Of a stretch of 58,448 nt of DNA, positions 29,415 to 37,822 are shown piece after piece. Positions within the stretch are counted from its first letter, which is position 1; the number at the start of each line of letters is the position of its first letter. The translations under genes were made by a program, and so were the position numbers. Origin of the DNA: an uncultured bacterium (GTDB lineage Bacteria > Acidobacteriota > Thermoanaerobaculia > Multivoradales > JAHZIX01); NCBI GenBank assembly GCA_965368975.1, contig CBDUPA010000029.1, forward strand, positions 1 to 58,448. Reading direction: 5' to 3'. The notes under the pieces were generated by a model that worked only from the letters and a program-made list of their open reading frames with translations, had not been told where the DNA came from and made no database searches.

Positions 29415-30779
29415 TCAAGCCGTCTCTCGAGCCGGCCGGCTGAACTCCAGGGCATTGGTGCGTACGCCATCGCGGCGCACGAAACGATCTTTCTCGGTGG
29501 CCCACACCCAGCCGGAGCGCTTGCGCCCGCCATAAGGCGCGTGCAGGCAGCGGCTGAAGTAGTCGAGCCAGGTCTCATCGCGGAAGACTTGACCGTGGCT
29601 CTCGGCCAGGCGCTCGGCGGCGGCATTCATGGTGGCGCCGGGGCCGCCGTAGAGGTTGGCGGCCAGTCCGAAGTCCGAATCCTCGGCCAGGCGTAGCGCT
29701 TCCTCGGGCGTGTCGACGACCTGTACCGCGATCACCGGGCCGAAGGTCTCCTCGACCATGATGCGCATACGGTTGTCGACGCCCTCGAGCACGGTCGGTT
29801 CGACATAGGTCACGGGCAGCCCGCGCAGGGCCGGATCGCCGGCTGCCGAGAAATCACCGGCTCCGTCGGCGACCGGGCCAGCGCCGTTCTCGTGCAGAAA
29901 CGCCGCGTGCACGCCGCCGCCGGTGAGCACGCGGGCCCCCAGCCGCCGGGCGTCCTGCAGATGCTCTTCGATGCGTCGCGCGATGTGCTCGCCAGGAATC
30001 GGACCGATGTCGACATCCTCACGCTCGGGCTCTCCGACCACCAGCTGACGGGCGAGCGTCACCGTGCGCTCGAGAAACTCCTTGGCCAGTAGCCGGTGGA
30101 CGTAGAAGCGCTCGGGCGAGGTGCAGGCCTGGCCGGCATTGTAGAAGCCAGCCCTGACGGCATCGACGGCGGCACGCTCGACATCGGCCCCCGGCAGCAC
30201 CAGAAAGGGGTCATTGCCGGGGCCTTCGAAGATCAGCTTCTTGCCCTGTCGCCGCACCTGCTCCTCGTACGGAGCCGCCCAAGCGTCGTCGCCGAAGACG
30301 ATGGTCACCGCGACCTCGGGATCGTCGATGACGCCGGACAGGAACGCCCGACCGGGACCGTGATCGAAACTGACTTCCGGCAGATGCTTGCACAATAGCG
30401 GTTCGAGCCCTTGTGCCCAAGCCTTGGCGGCGCTCGGGAAGCGGGCGCGGGCTCGGTTGCCGGCGAGCACGGCGTTGCCCAGCGTCGCCACCGGATTCGA
30501 CAGCGACGCGTTGCTCGGGAAGACGACACCGATCGTGCCCAGGGGCGCGCGGTCGTCGAGCAGCGGTGCGATGTCCTCGCGGAAGGCGCGCAGCCGCCGG
30601 ATCGCCAGCTCGACCTCTCCGCGGGCAATGCGGATGGTCTTCTTGGAGGTGGCGACGATCGCCCACTCCAGCTCCGTGCGCCGGGTTTCGATCTCGTCGG
30701 CCAGTGCCTCCAGACGCCGCAGGACGTCGAGGCGACGTTCCAGCCGTGCGCTGTGTGCGGTGGTGGTACCAGTTGCCAT
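29415..30779 (-). CDS. Aldehyde dehydrogenase family protein (divergent)
   Basis: FEGPGNDP (catalytic Glu), NAGQACTS (catalytic Cys), EETFGPV, PYGGRKRSG. ATG at 30779 with GGAGGAG RBS, 4 nt after the ligase stop. Confidence 0.9.
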   Translation of the reverse strand: MATGTTTAHSARLERRLDVLRRLEALADEIETRRTELEWAIVATSKKTIRIARGEVELAIRRLRAFREDIAPLLDDRAPLGTIGVVFPSNASLSNPVATLGNAVLAGNRARARFPSAAKAWAQGLEPLLCKHLPEVSFDHGPGRAFLSGVIDDPEVAVTIVFGDDAWAAPYEEQVRRQGKKLIFEGPGNDPFLVLPGADVERAAVDAVRAGFYNAGQACTSPERFYVHRLLAKEFLERTVTLARQLVVGEPEREDVDIGPIPGEHIARRIEEHLQDARRLGARVLTGGGVHAAFLHENGAGPVADGAGDFSAAGDPALRGLPVTYVEPTVLEGVDNRMRIMVEETFGPVIAVQVVDTPEEALRLAEDSDFGLAANLYGGPGATMNAAAERLAESHGQVFRDETWLDYFSRCLHAPYGGRKRSGWVWATEKDRFVRRDGVRTNALEFSRPARETA

Positions 30780-30783
30780 GGCT

Positions 30784-32436
30784 CTACTCCTCCCTGCCCG
30801 CCACCAAGTCCGGCGAGGGCGGCCGGCGGTCGAGCCATGAGCCCAGCTCACCGTGCGCTTGCTTGGCCAGCCGGGCACGCTGAATCTTGTTGGTCGCCGT
30901 GCGTGGGAGGGGTTCGGTGCACAGCTCGAAGAAACGAGGAATCTTGAATTCAGCCAGACGTTGGTGGCAGTGCTCGACCAGCAGGCTGACCCGCTGCTCG
31001 CAGCGCGCGCTGTCGGTGGCGTCCTGCCGGCAGTCGTGCTGCAGCACGATGAACGCCTTGGCTTCCTCGCCGCCGACCTCGTCGGGAACCCCGATGACCG
31101 CTGCTTCCGCCACCTCGGGCAGCGCTTCGAGCACCGTCTCGATCTCACCCGGCGACAGATTCTCACCGCGACGCCGGATCACTTCCTTCTTGCGCCCGAC
31201 GAAGTAGAAGTAATCGTCCTCGTCGCGGTAGCCCAAGTCGCCCGTGTGGAACCACTCGCCGTCGAAGGCCTTGGCTGTGCGTTCGGCGTCGCCGTAATAG
31301 CCGGTCATCATCACCGGATTGCGTTGTACCTGGATCTCGCCCTTCTCGCCGGGTCCGAGCTCGCGGCCGTGGCCGTCCGCGATACGCACCCGTGCGAAGT
31401 CGAGCGGGTGTCCGATCGACCCCACCCGGCCGGCGCCCAGCTCGTTGCGCAGCACGGTGTTGGTCTCGGACAAGCCGTACCCTTCCACGACCTCGGCGCC
31501 GAAGCGAGCTGTGAACGCTTCAGCGATGTCGCGACGAGCACCACCACCATAGACCGCGCGCAGCTGGTGATCACGGTCGTGGTCGGTGGCCGGCAGCTTG
31601 CACAGCACGGCCAGCATCTGCCCCAGGTGGCGCGTCAGCGTGATCTCGTGGCGGCGCACCTGCTGCCAGAACTTGTGGGCACTGAAGTGGTCGACCAGCA
31701 CCAGCGACGCACCGCTGGCCAGGGCCGAGACGGCGAAAGCTCCGCCGGCCATGTGGAAGAGTGGCAGCACGCCGAGAAAGCGGTCCTCGGGCGTCACCTG
31801 CATCCACTTGGCGAACTCCAGCGCCGGTAGCACATACCCGGCCTGCGGCAGAGCCGCCGCTTTGGGCCGGCCGGTGGTGCCTGACGTGTGGAGCAGCGTC
31901 GTCAGGTCGTCGGAGCGCAGCTCACCGCGCGGCGCTCGCTCCGGACTGTCCAGAAGTTGCTCGAGAGGCAGAGCACCGTTGGTACGCGCCTCGCCGGCCA
32001 CAACCTTGAGACGCAACTGTAGGCGGCTGGCGTGGGCGTCCATGTGGACTTGATCGCCAATCAGGTGCACAACGTTCAGGTGGCGCAGCAGGGGCTCGAC
32101 CTCGGCCGGTACCAGCTGCGGATGCAGCGGCACCATGATGCTGCCCAGACATGCCAGCGCGAACCAACTGTAGAGCAGGTCCGGCCCATTGGGCAGTAGA
32201 ACCCCGACCAGATCACCGCGGCGGATACCGCGTGCATAGAGTGCCCCGGCGAGGCATTCCACGCGCTGCCGAAACTGACTGTAGGTAACAGCCCCGGCCT
32301 CCTCGACCAAGAAAGAGCGCTCACCCCAGCATTCATCGGCGTGTGCCAACAGAGTTTCGAGAGTCCAGGTAGATGGGTCCGTCGGTCCCTGCGCTACCCC
32401 ACTCCGCCCGGCGGGAGACGTGGATAGTCCGCTCAA
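30784..32436 (-). CDS. ANL-family acyl-CoA/AMP ligase, CaiC (crotonobetaine/carnitine-CoA ligase)-like
   Basis: HTSGTTGRPK, LPLFH, EGYGLSET, FHTGDLG, GRKKEVIRRRGENLS, LPRTATNKIQR. TTG start with GGAGGAGG RBS. Confidence 0.9.
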   Translation of the reverse strand: MSGLSTSPAGRSGVAQGPTDPSTWTLETLLAHADECWGERSFLVEEAGAVTYSQFRQRVECLAGALYARGIRRGDLVGVLLPNGPDLLYSWFALACLGSIMVPLHPQLVPAEVEPLLRHLNVVHLIGDQVHMDAHASRLQLRLKVVAGEARTNGALPLEQLLDSPERAPRGELRSDDLTTLLHTSGTTGRPKAAALPQAGYVLPALEFAKWMQVTPEDRFLGVLPLFHMAGGAFAVSALASGASLVLVDHFSAHKFWQQVRRHEITLTRHLGQMLAVLCKLPATDHDRDHQLRAVYGGGARRDIAEAFTARFGAEVVEGYGLSETNTVLRNELGAGRVGSIGHPLDFARVRIADGHGRELGPGEKGEIQVQRNPVMMTGYYGDAERTAKAFDGEWFHTGDLGYRDEDDYFYFVGRKKEVIRRRGENLSPGEIETVLEALPEVAEAAVIGVPDEVGGEEAKAFIVLQHDCRQDATDSARCEQRVSLLVEHCHQRLAEFKIPRFFELCTEPLPRTATNKIQRARLAKQAHGELGSWLDRRPPSPDLVAGREE

Positions 32437-32501
32437 CGGTCGTTCCTCCTCCGCGGACCCGGGACGTCACGACAACTCAGCTACTACAACTCAAATAAAA
32501 T

Positions 32502-32556
32502 CCAAGACTTGAAGTCTGGCCGGGAGAAACATACCAGGAAACGAAGCGAGTGCCTA
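32502..32556 (-). promoter_or_regulatory. Putative promoter and operator-like palindrome for the ligase-ALDH-M24-ADH-LeuRS-like-permease operon
   Basis: Minus strand TAGGCA-N17-TATGTT with extended -10 TG; downstream inverted repeat AGACTT-N-AAGTCT within 32502-32519; AT-rich spacer. Confidence 0.5.
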
Positions 32557-32588
32557 GTCTATTCCGAATGCAACACGACTCGACATCT

Positions 32589-35500
32589 CTAGACAGTATT
32601 CTCTACAGAACGGCCCTGCCCTGGAGACACGAGTTCCAACTGGCCGCTCAACTCAGCGGCAAACGCGTCGAGCCAGGCTCGGGCCGTGGCCATGCTCCAA
32701 CAGCCCGGTGCTCCAGCTGTCGGCCAGTGCACGCGCAGCCGCAGGCCGTCGGTATCGAGCGTGGCAGCGAAGACCACTTCGGCGTGGACGCGCTCAGGGA
32801 GTGGGGCCGGCGGTCGGTGCAGCGTCAGACCGAGCGGTGCAGCGGGGGCACCGGCGCGCAGCCGCTCCACCGCCCGCTCGGCGAGTAGCCGGCCGTGCGG
32901 TAGGTCACGGCAAGTGAATGCCTCCAGCGTCGCCGTCCACACCTGCTCGAGCACATCGGTGAAACGGTCCTCCTCCAAGACCTCGAGACCGACGACCAGC
33001 GTGTTGTGCAGCGGACCGGGTAGGCGCTCGGTGTGTGCGCGCCGGGAGCTGACCGGCAGCGCCAGGGCGATGTCCGGCTCGCCGGTGCGCCGTGCACAGA
33101 CCCGCGCCAGCGCTGCGGCCAGCACCATCCACGGTGTCGCTCCGTGATCGAGCGCGAAGCGCCGCAGTGAGCGCGCCACAGCCGCGGGCATGTCCCGACG
33201 TAGGGCCCCGGCCACCCGAGCAGACACGGCAGCAGCAGCCTTGTCGCAGGGCAGCGGTGGCGCCCAGGGCACGCCGTCCTCGTCGGCCGTGCGCTCCCAA
33301 TACGCCTGCTCGGCGGGGAGTAGCTCGCCGACGAGCACGCGGCGCTGGGCCGCGGCCAGCAGGCGGTGGTCAGCCGGCGGTGCCCACTCAGAACTCGACG
33401 TCGAGACCCGCTCGCCACCGGGCCGCCGGTACAGGCGCTGCAAGTCGTCGAGCAAGAGTTCGGGCGTCCGCCGATCAGCGAGCAAGGGATGGATCGCCAG
33501 CAAGAGCCGCGGCCCGGCCGCTTCGATCAGCCAGCAGCAGCAGTAGAGCCGAGTGCCCAGAGCCGCGGACGCGGCATCCTGCGCCTGCATCCAGGTCGCC
33601 TCCAGGGCGCCCAGCAACCGGCAGCGCAGTTCGGCAGCCTGCCGCGGCAAGAGACCACGAAGGTCGACGAAGGGATCGAGCGGTGGATCGGCGCCTTTGC
33701 GATGCGGCGGCGGCACGTGCACCCTCGGCGTGCGCGTGCCGTCCAGGTGCAGCTGCGTGCGCAAGAGAGGATGCCGGCACCAGAGCTGGCACCAGGCGCG
33801 CCGGGCAGCAGCCCGACCCGGCACTGCCGCCAAGGTACGCTCGGCAACCACGGCGCGCGCGGCTGCGGGCTGCGTGGGCAATCGGTACCAGAGTTCCTCC
33901 TGGGCAAAGGACAGCCTGGAGAGGTCGGCGGCAGACTCGAGAGGGGCGATCGGCGGCCGGGCAGGTTCCAGGTGCGCCGCGCGCGCCAGGCGTGCCGCCA
34001 GGTCGGCGACGGTGACACAGGCGGCGATATCCGCGCCGCACATCTCGAGACCGAAGATCTCTGGCAGGCGCTGCTCCAGCGCCACCACCAGCTCGATCCC
34101 TTGCGCCGTCACCGCGCGACTCTCCAGGTCGTCGAGCAGACCGACCGTGTCGCGTCCGAGCAGGTCGCCGACCAGGTCGGCGGTCAACTCCTCGAGCGGT
34201 TCTCGCGGCGCCGCCCAGGCTCGCTGTGCTCGCTCGATGCGGCGAGCCAGCGCTGCCGGCGTCGGCGCCTCGAACACCGTGCGCAGGCGCACGGACAGAC
34301 CGGCCAGGCGCGGCAAGCCGGCAGCCAGGCGCGCCGCGGCGAAGGAGTCGCCACCGAGTGCGAAAAAACTGCTGTGGCAGCCGACCTGCTCGACCGGCAA
34401 CGACAGCACGCGCGCGAACAGCTCCGCGACCTGCGTTTCGAGCAGCGTCGCCGCAGCCTCGGGTGCCGCTGCCGCCGCCAGCCCAGGTCGCGCCAGCGCC
34501 GCCCGGTCTACCTTGCCGTTGGCGGTCAGCGGCAGCTCGGTGAGCACCCGCAAGTTGGCCGGCAGCATGTAGTCCGGCAAGCGTCCACGCGCGAAGCGCC
34601 GCAGATCGCCCGCGGCCGGTGACGTCCCGGGCTGCGGCAACACACAGGCCAGTAGCTCTCCGCGTTCATCGAGCAGGGCCACCGCTTCGAGCACCTGCGG
34701 ATGCGCGTCGAGCACTGCTTCGATCTCACCCAATTCGATGCGGTAGCCACGCACCTTGACCTGGAAGTCGATGCGCCCCAAGAAGTCGAGTCGCCCGTCG
34801 GGACGTAGACGCGCCAGGTCACCACTGCGGTACAGTCGCTGGCCATGCCTCCCGCCGAGGCCGCCTCGGACGTCCGGCAAGAAACGCTCGGCGGTCTTGC
34901 GTGGTCGCCCGGCATAGCCCCGCGCCAGGCCGGCACCACCGATGCACAGCTCACCGGGCACGCCCACCGGCTGCGGCTGGAGCCAACCGTCGAGCACCTC
35001 GACACGCACATTGACCAGCGAGCGGCCCAGATCCGGGCGGGCCCAATCCAGACACTCCCGGAAATCGGCCGAGTCGGTCAGCACCGAGCCGACGCGCGAC
35101 ACTGTCGTGTCCACGGTGCACTCGGTCGGACCGTAGACATTCCACGCCCGGATCGCCGAGTGACGCAGCAGGTCCCGCCACATCGGCGCCGGTACCTCCT
35201 CGCCGCCGAGCAACAAGCGCAGCCGTGGCTCTCCACGGCGCTTGTCGGGGCCGTCCGGTACCGGCCCGAGTACGGCCAGCAAACCGGCTTCGAGCAATTG
35301 CCCCAAGTGGCTGGGTGTGCAGTCGAGCAAGTCGACGTGCCGACGCTGCAAGAAGTCGACGAACACCTCGGCGTCCAGACGCACTGCCTCCGGCACTGGT
35401 ACTAGCGTGCGTCCCGCCAGCACCTGCAACCACTGCTTCACCGACGCGTCGAACACCATCGGCGCATTGATCGCCACCCGCACATGCGCGGGTGCGCCTT

Positions 35501-37679
35501 CGTAGACGGCGGTCTCGAGCGCCGTCGCCAGGTTGTCGAGACTGCCCCGCCGCACCATGACGCCGCGCGGTGCGCCGGTCGAGCCGGAGGTGTACAGCAC
35601 ATAGGCCAAGCTCTCTGGCGGCGGTCCGGTCGCGGCCAGCCGCTCCAGATCAGCGACGCTCGCGGGCGCGGGTGCCCAACGGTCGACGTCGAGCCGTCTC
35701 CACGGCTCCGGTAGCCTCGTCTCGGGTTCCGAACCCACGTCCAAGAGCAGCTGCGCACCGGCATCACGCAGGATGCCCTCGCGCCGTGCCGCCGGATGGT
35801 TCGGGTCCAGTGGTACGTAGGCTCCGCCCGCGGCGAGCACCGCCAGCAGGCACTCGACCAGCTGGACACCCCGGGGCAGGCACAGACCCACGCGCGTCTC
35901 GGTTCCGACACCGCGCTGCTGCAGGTCGGCAGCTCGCGCCGCCACCCGCTGCGCAAGACAGCGAAAGCTGACATGCATCCCGAGACTGTGCCGCGACGTC
36001 CCGGCCTCGGCCAGCAGCGCCACCGCTTCCGGCCGTCGACGCGCTTGCCGCGCCAGCCGTGCTGCCGGGTCGCGGTAGGCGGCAGGCTGCGACGTATCCT
36101 GCCACTCGACCAGCAGAGCCTGACGCTCACTCGCGGTCAGCAGGGGTAGGTGCGCCAGATCGCGCGGCTGACCCTGCGGCTCTTCGACGACCGCCGCCAG
36201 CAGCACCTCCAGCTGGCCAAGCCAGCGTGCCGCCGTCGTGTCATCCCACAGCGAGCGGCGATAGGTCAGCGTCCAGCTCCGGCGCGGCGCTGCGTCCCCC
36301 AGCTGCAGGCACAAATCGACATCCAGTGCAGTCGTGAGCAAGCGCGCTTCGAGAACCCGCAGCGCTCCCGTCTCGCACGCCGGCAGCATGGGTGACAATT
36401 GCGGCGGATCACAGCGCACCCGGATCAGCGGTGTCGGCGCACCTTCACCGCCGAGAGGTCGCAACCGCTCGACGATGCGTGCGTAGGGCACTCGAGCGTA
36501 TGCCTCGGCCTCGGCGACCTGCGCGTCCAAGGTGCGGAGCCAGTTCTCGAAGGACCACGTCGGCAAGATCCGCAGGCGCAGCGCCAGGCTCTGTTGCAGC
36601 GGCCCGACGACAGGCTCCAGCGAACCGATGCAGGGCACGACATCGTCGGCAAGGCGGCCCGAGCGAAGGCTGCCCAAGATGAAGTCCCAGCCGTGCACCT
36701 CCGCCGGGCCGTCGTGCCCACGGGCCGCGACCCGCCCCAGCTGGACGGCGTAGCCAGCGGTGATCAAGGTCAGCCAGGAGACGCCGATCTGCGCGGCGTA
36801 GGCATCGAGCCGCGACGTCAGCCGCTCGGACAAGCCATGCGTTCGCTGCCCGGCCTCCGAAGCCGAATGCCCTTGCCGTGCTGCCGGCGGTCGGTCCACC
36901 GGTAGGTGCAACGCCGGCGGCGGTGCACCCTCAGGCATCCACTGACGGCGCCAGTACTCCACCTCCAGGGCTTCCCGCCCGGCCTGCTGGTGCGCCCGCT
37001 GCCAGTGCACGATGTCCGACCAGCGTGCGACCGGCGAGGGCGCCGTTGCGGGCACACCAGCCGCGGCGGCCCCCAGAGACAAGCCGAGCTCACGTGCCAG
37101 AACAGCCATCGAGACTTCGTCCGCCGCCAGCCGATGCACTTGCCACAGCAGGATGCCCTCTGCCGCGGCCGTGTGCAACCAACACGCCCGCCACGGCAGC
37201 CCATCCTCGATCGACAGATCCTGCGCCGCGAGCGCTGGCACGTCCTGCACCCGCACTCCGCGCACATCCACCACGGGCAGGCGCGCGTCAGCAGCCTCGA
37301 CCGGCGTCGACTCGAGCCTCGGCTGCCCATCGGTCGCCGGCACACGCGCCCGCAGCGATTCGTGGCGCACCACCAGCAGCTGCACGGCTCGGCGCACGCG
37401 CAGCGGCAGTGACTCGACGGAGTCCCCCGTCCATCTCAGATGCATGCGCAGTTGCAACCGGTGCGCAGGGTCTCCGGGATGGAAGCGCTCCAACCACCAC
37501 AGGCGACGTTGGCTGTCGGACAGCTGCGCCCAGGCATCCGCCGGGCGTGGCCCGGTCAAGCTACCAGCCTCTTCGCCAGCTCCATGGGTCTCCTCCACTG
37601 CATCTTCCGGAACTGCTCTTTCCGGAACCACTCCCTCCGGAGCTGCGTCCTCCAGAGCCGCGCCAAGGTCGTTCCTCAT
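32589..37679 (-). CDS. Stand-alone NRPS C*-A(Glu)-T-T*-C* (degenerate C domains, no TE)
   Basis: A core YTSGSTGAPRG, FDASVKQ, LDCTPS, LLLGGE, NVYGPTECTVD gives DAKDLGVVDK (Glu code). PCP FFALGGDSF. C motifs altered to HRLAADE and HPLLADR. ATG at 37679 preceded by GGAGGAGG. Confidence 0.88.
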   Translation of the reverse strand: MRNDLGAALEDAAPEGVVPERAVPEDAVEETHGAGEEAGSLTGPRPADAWAQLSDSQRRLWWLERFHPGDPAHRLQLRMHLRWTGDSVESLPLRVRRAVQLLVVRHESLRARVPATDGQPRLESTPVEAADARLPVVDVRGVRVQDVPALAAQDLSIEDGLPWRACWLHTAAAEGILLWQVHRLAADEVSMAVLARELGLSLGAAAAGVPATAPSPVARWSDIVHWQRAHQQAGREALEVEYWRRQWMPEGAPPPALHLPVDRPPAARQGHSASEAGQRTHGLSERLTSRLDAYAAQIGVSWLTLITAGYAVQLGRVAARGHDGPAEVHGWDFILGSLRSGRLADDVVPCIGSLEPVVGPLQQSLALRLRILPTWSFENWLRTLDAQVAEAEAYARVPYARIVERLRPLGGEGAPTPLIRVRCDPPQLSPMLPACETGALRVLEARLLTTALDVDLCLQLGDAAPRRSWTLTYRRSLWDDTTAARWLGQLEVLLAAVVEEPQGQPRDLAHLPLLTASERQALLVEWQDTSQPAAYRDPAARLARQARRRPEAVALLAEAGTSRHSLGMHVSFRCLAQRVAARAADLQQRGVGTETRVGLCLPRGVQLVECLLAVLAAGGAYVPLDPNHPAARREGILRDAGAQLLLDVGSEPETRLPEPWRRLDVDRWAPAPASVADLERLAATGPPPESLAYVLYTSGSTGAPRGVMVRRGSLDNLATALETAVYEGAPAHVRVAINAPMVFDASVKQWLQVLAGRTLVPVPEAVRLDAEVFVDFLQRRHVDLLDCTPSHLGQLLEAGLLAVLGPVPDGPDKRRGEPRLRLLLGGEEVPAPMWRDLLRHSAIRAWNVYGPTECTVDTTVSRVGSVLTDSADFRECLDWARPDLGRSLVNVRVEVLDGWLQPQPVGVPGELCIGGAGLARGYAGRPRKTAERFLPDVRGGLGGRHGQRLYRSGDLARLRPDGRLDFLGRIDFQVKVRGYRIELGEIEAVLDAHPQVLEAVALLDERGELLACVLPQPGTSPAAGDLRRFARGRLPDYMLPANLRVLTELPLTANGKVDRAALARPGLAAAAAPEAAATLLETQVAELFARVLSLPVEQVGCHSSFFALGGDSFAAARLAAGLPRLAGLSVRLRTVFEAPTPAALARRIERAQRAWAAPREPLEELTADLVGDLLGRDTVGLLDDLESRAVTAQGIELVVALEQRLPEIFGLEMCGADIAACVTVADLAARLARAAHLEPARPPIAPLESAADLSRLSFAQEELWYRLPTQPAAARAVVAERTLAAVPGRAAARRAWCQLWCRHPLLRTQLHLDGTRTPRVHVPPPHRKGADPPLDPFVDLRGLLPRQAAELRCRLLGALEATWMQAQDAASAALGTRLYCCCWLIEAAGPRLLLAIHPLLADRRTPELLLDDLQRLYRRPGGERVSTSSSEWAPPADHRLLAAAQRRVLVGELLPAEQAYWERTADEDGVPWAPPLPCDKAAAAVSARVAGALRRDMPAAVARSLRRFALDHGATPWMVLAAALARVCARRTGEPDIALALPVSSRRAHTERLPGPLHNTLVVGLEVLEEDRFTDVLEQVWTATLEAFTCRDLPHGRLLAERAVERLRAGAPAAPLGLTLHRPPAPLPERVHAEVVFAATLDTDGLRLRVHWPTAGAPGCWSMATARAWLDAFAAELSGQLELVSPGQGRSVENTV

Positions 37680-37822
37680 GCTATCCGGGCCTCCTCCCCC
37701 GCGTCCCTGCCGTGCCGGATCTTTCGGGGTCTCGCTAGTACGGTGCGTGGTCACGCTCAAACGGGACGCGGGCTCGGCCCGGTGGTAGAGTTTGCCACAG
37801 CTTCGACGCGGCAACCACGATC

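Noticed and set aside
30780-31166. Extended ALDH start at 31166 (also the extended starts listed for the second NRPS, ADOP, psd, asd-like, DUF465, sdaA and mutS)
   Set aside because: The extensions overlap neighbouring genes or lack homology. Downstream starts have better RBSs or ATGA coupling.
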